In this document: positions 18,917-28,493 of the stretch, one piece after another
Position numbering within the stretch: the stretch's first letter is position 1
Layout: every line of letters begins with the position of its first letter
Made by a program: the position numbers and the translations under genes
Origin: Abditibacteriaceae bacterium
GTDB taxonomy: Bacteria > Armatimonadota > Abditibacteriia > Abditibacteriales > Abditibacteriaceae
Length of the DNA: 64,000 nt
Reading direction: 5' to 3'
Assembly (NCBI GenBank): GCA_965277285.1
Contig: OZ255721.1
Span: 2,912,001 to 2,976,000 of the forward strand
The notes under the pieces: generated by a model
Seen by the model: the letters and a program-made list of their open reading frames with translations, nothing else
Told to the model about the DNA's origin: nothing
Databases searched by the model: none

Positions 18917-20716
18917 CTAAAGCAAATCTGCCGCGCTCATTTTGTCTTCGGCAGAAGCGCCGAAACCAAAAGTCTTCCACATTTCTGGCCCGTAATGGCG
19001 CGTTTGAATCATCACCGGCATTGGCACGCTGTGACCCATAATAAGCGCCTGCTGTTTGGAATCGAGTTGCGCCAGAATGCCTTTCAAGCCGCTGGCGCCG
19101 TTGATGCCGGTCAAAACCGCGTTGATGTCGGCTTCATCGTTCAATTGCGCCGTAATGCGCGTGCCAATCTGCGACAAAATCTCGTCGTGAATGCCGCTGG
19201 GACGTTGGTCAACCACTAAAAGCGTGACCCAGTATTTGCGCATTTCGCGTGCAATCGTGCCGAAAATCGTTTGTTTGGCGGCCTGCGGATTCAAGAACTT
19301 GTGCGCTTCTTCAATCGTAATCATCAGCTTTTTTGGCTCGTCGTGAGCGCGCATTCCTCTGCCGACCCATTTTTCGTATTGCTCGACATAATGTGCGTGA
19401 AGGCGCCGCGTCAGCACATTCGCCACCAGCAGATAAACCAGCGTGCTTTGCTGCCCACCGAACTCTAAGACGATGTTGACGCCGCCTTCGATGTCGTGCA
19501 GCATGGTTTCCAAGATGTCGCGGCCTTGCGGTTTTTCGGTCAGGAACGGCAGCAAATCGCCGTGTCGTTTTAAATTCGCCTGAAGTTTCCGTTGCAGCGC
19601 GCCGACGCTTTGCTCGTTGCCGCCGACTTGCTGCGCCAGCGTCAAAGCCTCGCTTCGAGTACTCGATTCGCCGTCTTCGTCGGTGCCAACATCGAGCAGT
19701 TTTTCCAGCCACTTCTTACGAAACTTGTTGTAAACCAGATGCGCGCTTTCGGCTGCCGCGTCCGCTAAGTTCAATTCGTTTTGCATCGACAGCAAATCGT
19801 CCGGCTGAATTTGATCCAATGAAATGCGCACTTCTTCGACGTGACCGACGCCGCGCGTGCGTGAACTTTGCGGATCAAGCGAATAAATCTTGACGCGATT
19901 TTTGCCGAAAATCTGGCACAAACCTTTAACTGGCGCGCCGCCTTCACTGCGCGCTTCCCAACCGTATTCGTTGTGCGCATCGAAAATCAGGTTCACAACT
20001 TCGGGGCGATGATGAATCAGGCCGCATAAAACCGTGCGCGTCAAGAACGTTTTGCCAGTTCCACTTTTGCCAAAAATTCCGTTAGAACGTTCGACAAAGC
20101 GCGGCAAATCGAGGCAAACCGGCGAAGTCATATCGAGCGGATTGCCGACGTTGAACCAATCGCTGTTCTTGGAGGATTCCTTGCCGAAAATGCGCGCCAC
20201 GTCTTCCTCGCTGGCTTTGTAAACCCGCGAAAAATGCGACGGCACAGTTTTGACTGGCAGATGATCGCCAAAGGTGCTTTTCAATTCCAGCGCAGGTTCA
20301 CGATGCACGCCGTTTTTCCCGTTGCCGTTTGTTCCATTGGCGCCATTCAATTCGAGTACTCGATTAGTCGCGTAGCTGTCATTAACGGCGAGGTTTTCTT
20401 TCGATGTTGAACTTGTTGAGCGCTTCAACATTAGCATCGGTTTCAGTTTTACGGTCGTGAAAATCGAGGTTTGTTGCAACACTTTCAAGAGCAATTCTTC
20501 GCTGGCTTCGGGCGGATGCAGCAAAATATCGGGATGCGAGGCGTCGAGCGTCACATCGGTAATCATCGAGAAGAAATCGTGATTTTCGCCGCGTATGACG
20601 ACAAACGTTCCGGCTTTGAGTTCTTCGACCGAAACGCCCGGATGCAACTTCATCTCGATACCTTTTTCGAGAGAACCTCTTGTGATAACGCCAAGCGCGT
20701 CATGGGTGTGTGACAT
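18917..20716 (-). CDS. HerA/FtsK-family ATPase (DUF87) with N-terminal HAS-barrel
   Basis: GKSGTGKT, IFDAHNEY, IEEAH, REMRKY, QRPS. Confidence 0.88.
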   Translation of the reverse strand: MSHTHDALGVITRGSLEKGIEMKLHPGVSVEELKAGTFVVIRGENHDFFSMITDVTLDASHPDILLHPPEASEELLLKVLQQTSIFTTVKLKPMLMLKRSTSSTSKENLAVNDSYATNRVLELNGANGTNGNGKNGVHREPALELKSTFGDHLPVKTVPSHFSRVYKASEEDVARIFGKESSKNSDWFNVGNPLDMTSPVCLDLPRFVERSNGIFGKSGTGKTFLTRTVLCGLIHHRPEVVNLIFDAHNEYGWEARSEGGAPVKGLCQIFGKNRVKIYSLDPQSSRTRGVGHVEEVRISLDQIQPDDLLSMQNELNLADAAAESAHLVYNKFRKKWLEKLLDVGTDEDGESSTRSEALTLAQQVGGNEQSVGALQRKLQANLKRHGDLLPFLTEKPQGRDILETMLHDIEGGVNIVLEFGGQQSTLVYLLVANVLTRRLHAHYVEQYEKWVGRGMRAHDEPKKLMITIEEAHKFLNPQAAKQTIFGTIAREMRKYWVTLLVVDQRPSGIHDEILSQIGTRITAQLNDEADINAVLTGINGASGLKGILAQLDSKQQALIMGHSVPMPVMIQTRHYGPEMWKTFGFGASAEDKMSAADLL

Positions 20717-20736
20717 AAGTGTTGTATGAAGATGTT

Positions 20737-21480
20737 TCAATCGTTCGAGTAGTATGACAAGCCGGGGTTCAATTCCCGATGTATTTGTTCAACCAAATCC
20801 CCATCGTTGTCTTGATCAATAATGTCGATTTCTTCGTTGAAAAAATAAACGCCGCGCTTGTAGCATTCATTTATAGTGCGTATCATGTCGAACAGGCTAT
20901 TATATCGCATGACTGGTTCTGTGATCTCAACATCTTCAAAAAGAACAGGAGCACTTGCTAAGAGAGTTTCACCGCAAGGAATGTAGTGAGATCCGTCATC
21001 TCCACCTGATATTTCAATGTACACACCGGAAAATGCCTCTTTGGGTAGGCTGCCAGGACATTTCTTCTCACGTTCTATAAATGAATCTCTTAAATCGAGA
21101 TCGATAGTAAAGGCGTATTGAAGACTGTTGAAAGAAGACCAGGGAAGCAGAGCGAGGTGAACTTTTTGTGCAGGGTCTTCTTCATCCAACTCCTTTTCCC
21201 GAGCAAATGCGGCTTCAACTCCAACAGGCGGATCTGGCAAACCATTACGCCACGAGTAAAGCGTATAAACCTCTTCCGATGGAAACCATTTTTTATCGTA
21301 AGCGAGTTGAACGTTGCGTTCTTCTATTGATCCAGGCGCCAAGTAAGGCGGCAGGCGCGGTTTGATGATCTCCATTTGCTCGCGTGTCAAACCCGTCTGC
21401 AAATAATTAGGCAGCCTTGGATTGACTTTGCTGATGTTCTCCAAAAGCTCATTCAACAACTGTGTCAAGGTCATAATCAA
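20737..21480 (-). CDS. SMI1/KNR4-like hypothetical protein
   Basis: LQTGLTREQME, EEVYTLYSWRNG, YNSLFDMIRTINECY. AT-rich. Confidence 0.6.
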   Translation of the reverse strand: MIMTLTQLLNELLENISKVNPRLPNYLQTGLTREQMEIIKPRLPPYLAPGSIEERNVQLAYDKKWFPSEEVYTLYSWRNGLPDPPVGVEAAFAREKELDEEDPAQKVHLALLPWSSFNSLQYAFTIDLDLRDSFIEREKKCPGSLPKEAFSGVYIEISGGDDGSHYIPCGETLLASAPVLFEDVEITEPVMRYNSLFDMIRTINECYKRGVYFFNEEIDIIDQDNDGDLVEQIHRELNPGLSYYSND

Positions 21481-22103
21481 ATCCCGATGCGACCTAAAAT
21501 CGCGCGCAAACGCAAGTAATCGGCGCGCAACAAGAGCGCCAGGGTTTTGCCCAGAGCAATCGAGTACTCAATATTACGGTTGTGCGCGGCAATAGTTTGG
21601 TTGCAAGCCGCCACGAGAAGTTCGTCGGCGCTGGCTCCGCCCATCGTTCCGGCGCTGTCGAAAAGCAGGCGAATCCAATCGTGACCTTGCGTAAAACGCC
21701 GAATGTCTTCGAGGTCGCACGGAATGACAAACGAATGAAGTCGCGGCGGTTGCGGTGGCAGCGATTGGTGAATGGTCTGGTTTTCGCCGCGTGTCCAGCC
21801 GACGCAGCGCACTTCAAAGGTCGTGCGCAACAGTTTGCCGATTTGCGGATGGCGCGCTTCCATGTCGTTTTCGTCCGTCCACAACGCCAGAGGTCGCCGA
21901 TTCGCTTCAAACGGCAAGGTTTCGATGTGCGCGACGACGCCGTAAATAATTTCGCGCTGCGCATCGTCGGGAACTTCATTTGGCACGCGCACAAAAGAAC
22001 CAAAAGGCGGCGCGCAGTGCAAGGCGCGACACTGCGCGACCCAGCCGGTCGTGCGAGATTCCAAAACTTCAGCTTGAACGCAAGGGATTTCGACGTTGCT
22101 CAT
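21477..22103 (-). CDS. HAS-barrel domain protein (HerA-associated)
   Basis: APPFGSFVRV, IYGVV, RRPLAL, LPPQPPRLH..V, DYLRL. Confidence 0.75.
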   Translation of the reverse strand: MSNVEIPCVQAEVLESRTTGWVAQCRALHCAPPFGSFVRVPNEVPDDAQREIIYGVVAHIETLPFEANRRPLALWTDENDMEARHPQIGKLLRTTFEVRCVGWTRGENQTIHQSLPPQPPRLHSFVIPCDLEDIRRFTQGHDWIRLLFDSAGTMGGASADELLVAACNQTIAAHNRNIEYSIALGKTLALLLRADYLRLRAILGRIGI

Positions 22104-22187
22104 GTTTTCATTATCTTAGCTGAAAACGGCGCGCGCACCAAATCGAATCGAGTACTCGAAAACGGAAAATCGTGTCACAATTGCGCT

Positions 22188-22628
22188 ATGTCCGAAGAAA
22201 CGATGCGACTTTTCGAGGATGCGATTGCTGGTTGGCAGAATAATCTTGCGACGTGTCGCGGTGGCGATGGCGCTCAGAGCATCTATCCGCCCGAATTTGT
22301 GCGCGTGATGTTCCATGTCGCAGCCGAGTTCGGTTCGGTTTCCTGCCATGCTCTAGATAACGAAACGTTGTGCTTCGACATTGGTAAAACAGAAACGCGA
22401 ACTTACACTTTTTTGCCTTTCCACGCGATTCGCGTTTTATTGGCGGCGGTAGCTCATGTCTTCTGGGATTGTAATACAAATCCAACGTTCAACGTTTACG
22501 GCGACAAAGCCGAAATTGCGCTGGCCGTTGAAGACAAACTAACAGACTTTTATGTCGAAACTGGTAACACAAACGGCAAGCCATTGTATTTTCTAATTCG
22601 CAAAATGGATGAGTTAGAGCACTCGTGA
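22188..22628 (+). CDS. hypothetical protein
   Basis: ATG MSEETM start inside the long ORF-track frame. 146 aa, no known motif. Confidence 0.55.
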   Translation: MSEETMRLFEDAIAGWQNNLATCRGGDGAQSIYPPEFVRVMFHVAAEFGSVSCHALDNETLCFDIGKTETRTYTFLPFHAIRVLLAAVAHVFWDCNTNPTFNVYGDKAEIALAVEDKLTDFYVETGNTNGKPLYFLIRKMDELEHS

Positions 22629-22635
22629 AAAACGA

Positions 22636-22690
22636 CAAACGTCCCGCCGAGTAACGATTGAAGAAATCGAGTACTCGAACGGGACGTTTG
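22636..22690. terminator. bidirectional hairpin with the 12-bp palindrome in its loop
   Basis: caaacgtcccg ... cgggacgtttg between convergent genes. Palindrome at 22667. Confidence 0.55.
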
Positions 22691-22727
22691 GGTTTGTGAC
22701 TGTTGCGTTGAAAGCTAAGATTGCGAA

Positions 22728-22934
22728 TTAGCCGGCGACGCGGACGTTGGCGGCGCGCAGGCCTTTTTGCTCTTTGGTGATTTCAAACTCGACGGCCTGG
22801 CCTTCTTTCAGGGAACGGTAGCCTTCGGCTTCAATGGCCGAATGGTGGACGAAAACATCTTCGCCGCCGCCTTCCTGCTCGATGAAACCGAAGCCCTTCG
22901 AGTCGTTGAACCACTTCACTGTGCCTTTTGCCAT
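22728..22934 (-). CDS. cspA: cold-shock protein
   Basis: [27 protein letters not shown]. Confidence 0.95.
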   Translation of the reverse strand: MAKGTVKWFNDSKGFGFIEQEGGGEDVFVHHSAIEAEGYRSLKEGQAVEFEITKEQKGLRAANVRVAG

Positions 22935-23062
22935 GACGACAAATCTCCTGTGCTGTTGAGACTGTGCGACCCTGCCAATTGCAAGTTTCAATTGCGGAAA
23001 CTCGCTTTCGTCCTGCGCCTGTCTTTCAGCTAAATAATGTCCGGTTCGTCAGAACCGCCGTC

Positions 23063-23091
23063 ATTATAAAGAGACTTCCATTTTTTGTCAA
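23063..23091 (-). promoter_or_regulatory. consensus sigma70 promoter of the csp gene (long 5' UTR)
   Basis: Minus strand TTGACA-N17-TATAAT, about 130 nt upstream of the ATG. Confidence 0.75.
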
Positions 23092-23225
23092 GATATTTGT
23101 TGTTCCGCGCGAAAACAATTTACAAAGTGATCAGCGATGAGAACTGAGCGACGAGTATCTGCGCTCGGTTCGAGTTTGTTTTCGTCATATCCTTTGCCTC
23201 GCAATTGCGGTAAAATTGACGCGAT

Positions 23226-24872
23226 ATGCAAACGAGTACTCAATCGTCGCCAACTTCTTCTTCCGCCGCTTCTGCCGTCGCTTCTCCCAAGCAAAAAGTC
23301 GTGATTATCGGTAGCGGCCCGATTCGCATCGGTCAGGGCATCGAGTTCGATTATGCCAGCGTTCATTGCACGCGCAGCGTCCGCGAATTGGGCTACGAAG
23401 CGATTGTCATCAACAACAATCCTGAAACCGTTTCCACCGATTTCGACACCTCCGACCGCCTTTATTTCGAGCCATTGACCGTCGAAGACGTGCTCAACAT
23501 CCTCGACCGCGAACAGCCTTTGGGCGTCGTCGTGCAGTTCGGCGGACAAACCGCGATCAACCTGGCGCAGCCATTAGACGACGCCGGAATCCGTATTTTA
23601 GGCACGCAATACGATTCGATTGACCTGGCCGAAGACCGCGACCGCTTCGACAAACTGCTCATCGAGCTGGGCATTCCCAAGCCCGAAGGCGCCGCTGTCA
23701 CAACGCTCAACGCCGCCATTGATGTCGCCAATCGCGTCGGTTATCCGGTTTTGGTTCGTCCCAGTTACGTTTTGGGCGGGCGCGCGATGGAGATCGTTTA
23801 TACGGAAAACGACTTGCGTTCGTATATGCAAACCACAGCCGAAGTCGCGCCCGATAAGCCGTTGCTGGTCGACAAATACATGGTCGGCAAGGAAGCCGAA
23901 GTCGATGTGATTTCCGACGGCGTCGATTGCTTGCTGCCTGGAATCATGGAGCACATCGAGCGCGCGGGCGTTCACTCCGGCGATTCGATGGCGGTTTATC
24001 CGCCGCAAACTTTGTCGCAAAACGTTATCAACCAGATCGAAGAATACGCCATTAAAATGGCGCGCGCGCTGAAAGTTTCCGGCGTGATGAACATTCAATA
24101 CGTGATTGAAGGCGAGCAGGTCTATATCATCGAAGTCAACCCGCGCGCATCGAGAACGATTCCGTATCTGTCGAAAATCACCGGCATTCCGATGGTGAAA
24201 CTGGCGACGCAAATTATGATGGGCGCGACGCTCAAAGAATTGGGCTACAAATCAGGACTGCATCCGACGCCCGATCAAGTTGCCGTCAAAGCGCCAGTGT
24301 TTTCCTTCCAAAAGTTGACTGGCGTCGATCCCGATTTGAGTCCCGAAATGAAATCGACCGGTGAAGTGATGGGCGTTGATAATAACTTTCCGCGCGCGCT
24401 TTACAAAGCGATGATCGCCAGCGGTTTCGATATTCCGTTGCCCGGACAAAGCGGCGGACACGGCGCGATTTTAGTGACTTTGGCCAACCATAACAAGGAA
24501 GAAGGCGCGCCGATTGTCAAAGGTTTCTGGGAAATGGGCTACAAGGTTTATGCGACGCAAGGCACCGCTCGAGTACTCGAAAGTCACGGCGTCGAGTGCG
24601 AAATCGTGCGACGTTTGGGCGAAGAAGAACCGAATTTGCAAACGCTTTTGCAAACGCCAGACGTGGATTTTCTAATCAACACGCCCGAACGCGAACGCAC
24701 GCCCGAACGCGACGGCCTGAAGATGCGCCGCACCGCGATTGAACACGGCGTTCCGTGCCTGACCAGTTTGGACACCGCCGCCGCGTTGTTGACGGCTTTG
24801 CGGTATCAGCAGAATCAGCGCGTGGTCGGCGTGCGCGCGGTCGGCGAATACAAAATCGCGCAGAAGAATTAA
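23226..24872 (+). CDS. carB: carbamoyl-phosphate synthase large subunit, C-terminal half only
   Basis: Begins at GSGPIRIGQGIEFDY. One ATP-grasp domain (RPSYVLGG, EHIERAGVHSGDS, EVNPRASR) plus an MGS domain. Confidence 0.92.
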   Translation: MQTSTQSSPTSSSAASAVASPKQKVVIIGSGPIRIGQGIEFDYASVHCTRSVRELGYEAIVINNNPETVSTDFDTSDRLYFEPLTVEDVLNILDREQPLGVVVQFGGQTAINLAQPLDDAGIRILGTQYDSIDLAEDRDRFDKLLIELGIPKPEGAAVTTLNAAIDVANRVGYPVLVRPSYVLGGRAMEIVYTENDLRSYMQTTAEVAPDKPLLVDKYMVGKEAEVDVISDGVDCLLPGIMEHIERAGVHSGDSMAVYPPQTLSQNVINQIEEYAIKMARALKVSGVMNIQYVIEGEQVYIIEVNPRASRTIPYLSKITGIPMVKLATQIMMGATLKELGYKSGLHPTPDQVAVKAPVFSFQKLTGVDPDLSPEMKSTGEVMGVDNNFPRALYKAMIASGFDIPLPGQSGGHGAILVTLANHNKEEGAPIVKGFWEMGYKVYATQGTARVLESHGVECEIVRRLGEEEPNLQTLLQTPDVDFLINTPERERTPERDGLKMRRTAIEHGVPCLTSLDTAAALLTALRYQQNQRVVGVRAVGEYKIAQKN

Positions 24873-24906
24873 GCCTGCGAAACACGCGGAAAGAAAAGTT
24901 GAGAAT

Positions 24907-25199
24907 GGGACACGGAGGCTTCGCCTGCACGGATTGTACGGATGAACACGGATTTTGGTCTTGGAGTTTAGAGTCTGTTTGTAAAGTCCGCGAAATGTCT
25001 TGAAGTGAAAGTTCGTCATCCTGAGCGCAGCGAAGAATCTAACTGAACATAGATTCTTCGCTGCGCTCAGAATGACAAAGTGCGGGTTCCATGCGTCGTT
25101 TTTCACTTTCCAAACAGATTCCAAGATCTAAAATCCAAGACCCAAGATCAAAATCCGCGTTCATCCGTTCGATCCGTGTGAGCGAAGCCTCCGTGTCCC
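24907..25199. repeat. composite MITE/REP element: GGGACACGG arms, heptamer repeats and an inner GTCATCCTGAGCGCAGCGAAGAATCT inverted repeat
   Basis: Outer arms are similar to 4105-4254. Inner inverted repeat at 25015-25076. Confidence 0.85.
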
Positions 25200-25255
25200 G
25201 TTTGAACGGTTTTGCTGTTGATTGCAGGCGGAACGAAGAACGTTTCCCTGCGTGA

Positions 25256-25738
25256 GTGTTCGATGTGAAAGCAATTCTTCTTTTCAGTCACGGCAGTGTG
25301 TTGTGCGGCGCGGGCGAGAACCTCAAGAGCCTCGCGCGGCAAATGGAAGAGCGCGGCGATGCGCCCATTGTCGAAGCCGGTTATCTCAATTATTCGCAGC
25401 CGTTGTTCGACGAAGCCTTTGCGAAATGCGTCGAACGTGGCGCGACGGAAATTGTGGTTGCGCCGTATTTTCTCGTCGCAGGAAAGTTTGTCAAAGTCGA
25501 TTTGCCACCGCACATCGAAAAAATGCGCGCGCGTTATCCCGACGTTCGAGTACTCGTTTCTCAGGCGATGCGTTTTCATCCAGCGTTGGCGCAAGCGATT
25601 GAAAACTGCGCGAGCCGCGCTTTGCCGCCGTCGCAATGGCGCGAAATGCTGAACACGGCGCCGCAATTTTGTCGCAACAATCCGCAATGTCCGTTGTTCA
25701 ACACCGAAAAATGCTCCGCCACAAACTCCACGTTATGA
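25256..25738 (+). CDS. CbiX/SirB family chelatase domain protein with C-terminal Cys cluster
   Basis: LLFSHGS, GYLNYSQP, PYFLVAGKFVKVDLP, C-terminal CRNNPQCPLFNTEKC. Confidence 0.85.
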   Translation: MFDVKAILLFSHGSVLCGAGENLKSLARQMEERGDAPIVEAGYLNYSQPLFDEAFAKCVERGATEIVVAPYFLVAGKFVKVDLPPHIEKMRARYPDVRVLVSQAMRFHPALAQAIENCASRALPPSQWREMLNTAPQFCRNNPQCPLFNTEKCSATNSTL

Positions 25739-26130
25739 CACTTGAACCTTCATCCTTCATCACTCATTGTCCAGCACTTCTCATCATGGTTCATGGCAGC
25801 CCGCGACCCGAATCGAACCGCGATATGTTCGCTGTAGTCGAACTTTTGCGTGCCTCAAACTCCTTTGCGCACGTCGAAGTCGGTTTCATGGAGTGCAACG
25901 AGCCGACGATTCCCAACGCGATTGCGCAATGTGTCGAAGCGGGCGCGCAAAAAATTGTCGCTGTGCCGTATTTTCTTCACGCGGGAAACCATGTCGCGGA
26001 CGATTTGCCGACGCTGTTGGAAGAAGCGCAGCAGCAATATCCGCACGTCGAATTTTTGATGGGCGATTATGTCGGGCACGACGCCGCTATCGCCGATGTG
26101 TTGCGAGATCGAGTACTCGAAGCGCAATAA
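25735..26130 (+). CDS. CbiX/SirB family (sirohydrochlorin) chelatase
   Basis: MVHGSPRP, GFMECNEP, PYFLHAGNHVADDLP. ATGA overlap with the upstream gene. Confidence 0.85.
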   Translation: MTLEPSSFITHCPALLIMVHGSPRPESNRDMFAVVELLRASNSFAHVEVGFMECNEPTIPNAIAQCVEAGAQKIVAVPYFLHAGNHVADDLPTLLEEAQQQYPHVEFLMGDYVGHDAAIADVLRDRVLEAQ

Positions 26131-26217
26131 CGTTCAATTTTAACTATCGCCGGAAACAGAGATGAAGAGAGAAACGCCGCTCGTCGGGCGCAGCGCCTTG
26201 TTTTCTCTGTCGGCGAC

Positions 26218-26643
26218 TTATCGACTGTTCCACTGTGGCGTTTTGCTCCAATTGTCCTTGAGCAAATTAAGTTGAGCAAGCCATTGTTTTTTCTGTTCGG
26301 GATGAAGTGTGGTGACGCCAATAATTCTTGTGGTATCACCGTTGGCATCTTGCCAGAAGAGTTTTTGTTCTGGGCTGTCGAAAGTTGCATAAAGTACGTG
26401 ATGCCGTTCGGAAAGCGACAAAACCCAGCGGACTTTTTCGCCTCTCAAATCTACTTCTGAACTGGTTGCTTGTTCATCCAGGCCTTCGAGCAAGCGCGTA
26501 ACGATGTAGCCGATGGTTTCTGCACCCAGGAAAATGTTCTGTTGGCCATTCGCCAAATAGCATCGTGTCCAGCCATATTGATTGATAGCGACTTCGAGAA
26601 GTAGATCGCCATCAGCACCACGAAGAACCAGTTTGTCATTCAT
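26218..26643 (-). CDS. hypothetical protein
   Basis: MNDKL start, 141 aa, WVLSLSERHHVLY. Confidence 0.55.
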   Translation of the reverse strand: MNDKLVLRGADGDLLLEVAINQYGWTRCYLANGQQNIFLGAETIGYIVTRLLEGLDEQATSSEVDLRGEKVRWVLSLSERHHVLYATFDSPEQKLFWQDANGDTTRIIGVTTLHPEQKKQWLAQLNLLKDNWSKTPQWNSR

Positions 26644-26680
26644 TTGGTTGTTGCAATTTATGTAACCAATGGTGTGGGCT

Positions 26681-26721
26681 GCGCAAAGCGTGTGGCGCAA
26701 AGCGTGTGGCGCAAAGCGTGT
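26681..26721. repeat. tandem 14-bp repeat x3 (GCGCAAAGCGTGTG)
   Basis: Read directly, just downstream of the response-regulator stop codon. Confidence 0.85.
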
Positions 26722-27371
26722 CACGTCAAGCTGTGTGCGAGAATGATTTGCGCGTGGCAAACGGGGCAATTAAGCGCGGCAGTCTTGGCTGCGGGGTCTT
26801 GAAACTTGGCGCGCGGCCCCATGTAGCCGCAAGTCTCGCAGTGTACCCAGCCGGCGGGCGGGTTGATTTGCGTGCGTGCGGTTTCGGCAGCAGTCACTGG
26901 CGCGCGCACAGACGCCACCGCGTGCGCGCCGTTGCTCGCTGAGGCCGCATCTGGCGCACTTGGAACACTTTTATCGTATTGATAAACGCGGCGCAGCCAG
27001 GCGATAACGCGTGCCGCCAGAACTTGCTCGTGCATCGACTTCAAGATGTAATCGTCGGCGCCGATCTTCAAGCCCTTCATCACATTTTCATCGCTCATCG
27101 TCTCGTTCATCAAAAGAATGGGAATGGTACTGCTTTGTCGCATTTGCGCGCAAACTTCGTAACCGTCCAGCCCCGGCATCATCACATCGAGTAGCACCAG
27201 ATGTGGCATTTTTGCCCGAAACGCTTGCATTCCCAGCGCGCCGCTGGACGCGTGACGGCTTTCCATGTTGAGCGCAGCCAAGTTGGACAACAGCAACTGA
27301 GCGCGCCCGGGATCGTCGTCGACCACTAAAATCTGAAATCTTTGTGAAGGTTTAGGAGCCGGTGGTTTCAT
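26721..27371 (-). CDS. response regulator receiver plus C-terminal zinc ribbon
   Basis: LVVDDD, LLDVMMPG, GADDYILK, then WVHCETCGYMGP..CPVC. Confidence 0.85.
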   Translation of the reverse strand: MKPPAPKPSQRFQILVVDDDPGRAQLLLSNLAALNMESRHASSGALGMQAFRAKMPHLVLLDVMMPGLDGYEVCAQMRQSSTIPILLMNETMSDENVMKGLKIGADDYILKSMHEQVLAARVIAWLRRVYQYDKSVPSAPDAASASNGAHAVASVRAPVTAAETARTQINPPAGWVHCETCGYMGPRAKFQDPAAKTAALNCPVCHAQIILAHSLT

Positions 27372-27704
27372 GGGAAATAATGCGACACGCGCAAATCCGC
27401 GAAAGCCTGAGAAGTCTTGAAAAACTGAAAAAGGGCAATCAGTGCAAATGAATGTCCGCCAAAACGAGCATCGTGCTCTTTTAAGGCAGTTTCGAGTACT
27501 CGAAATTATGGCACCTGGTCAAAAATCAGCCAGTATCATTGATAGTGATCGGCTCAACAATGAACAACTTGACAGTATGAAACGAAAGAGTGCAATTGAG
27601 TAAGCAGCAGGCGACCTCAGGGTGTTTTCCTGAGAATCAGAATGACAAACTTCCACTCAGTCGCGCATCGCGGACTTTGCAAACTGATTCTCGGACGCCA
27701 GGGT

Positions 27705-28310
27705 TTAGGTTAGGGCAAAAGAAACGAACTCGCTTTTGCCACAAAAAGGACATTTCAGAATTTTTTCGCCGCGGTGATTTTCGCCATCGAACATACGTCG
27801 CGGACCCATATAACCGCACGACTCGCACGTCGCCCAGCCCGCGGGTGAAGAACTTGTGGGAGAAGAGGCCGCGTCGGAAGCTCCTTCGTTTTCCGTAGCG
27901 TCGTAGCGATAAACGCGGCGCAGGCTGGAAATGACGCGCGCAACCAGCAGTCTGGGGTTGAAAGGTTTGGGCAAATAATCGTCAGCGCCCACTTTGAAGC
28001 CTTGCAATTGATCCTGCTCAGAATTGAGCGCAGTCATCATGATGATCGGAATGGTGCTTTGCAGACGAATTTTCGCGCACAAATCGCGTCCGTTCATGCC
28101 CGGCATCATCACATCGAGAAGCACCAAATGCGGTTCAAAGTCGCCGTAGGCCAGCCAGCCCGCCACGCCATCGGGCGCATGACGCACATCAAAACCTGCT
28201 GCCTGCAAATTGATGACGACCAGGCGACCAATGTTCGCGTCGTCTTCGACTACTAAAACTCGATATTTCTCGCCTGACAAAGGCATTGATGGCAGAGATT
28301 GTGTCAGCAT
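27705..28310 (-). CDS. response regulator receiver plus C-terminal zinc ribbon
   Basis: LVVEDD, LLDVMMPG, GADDYLPKPF, then WATCESCGYMGP..CPFC. Confidence 0.88.
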   Translation of the reverse strand: MLTQSLPSMPLSGEKYRVLVVEDDANIGRLVVINLQAAGFDVRHAPDGVAGWLAYGDFEPHLVLLDVMMPGMNGRDLCAKIRLQSTIPIIMMTALNSEQDQLQGFKVGADDYLPKPFNPRLLVARVISSLRRVYRYDATENEGASDAASSPTSSSPAGWATCESCGYMGPRRMFDGENHRGEKILKCPFCGKSEFVSFALT

Positions 28311-28493
28311 ATTTTTCCTTGAGGCAACGCCATAACTGTTCTAATATCATATCTCTTTACTTCGCATCCTGGTACCAGAAATTGCGCTAAAAGAACCGCG
28401 GCATCCGTCTTCGATTAAAACTTTTGGACGGAGTGGCGAAACATGAATCGAGTACTCGAAAGACCTTATTTTTGTTCTGGCTCGTTTTTAACG

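Noticed and set aside
21582..22187. N-terminal 200 aa of the 348-aa ORF 21582-22628
   Set aside because: It overlaps the HAS-barrel gene on the opposite strand. Only the part from the ATG at 22188 looks like a real gene.
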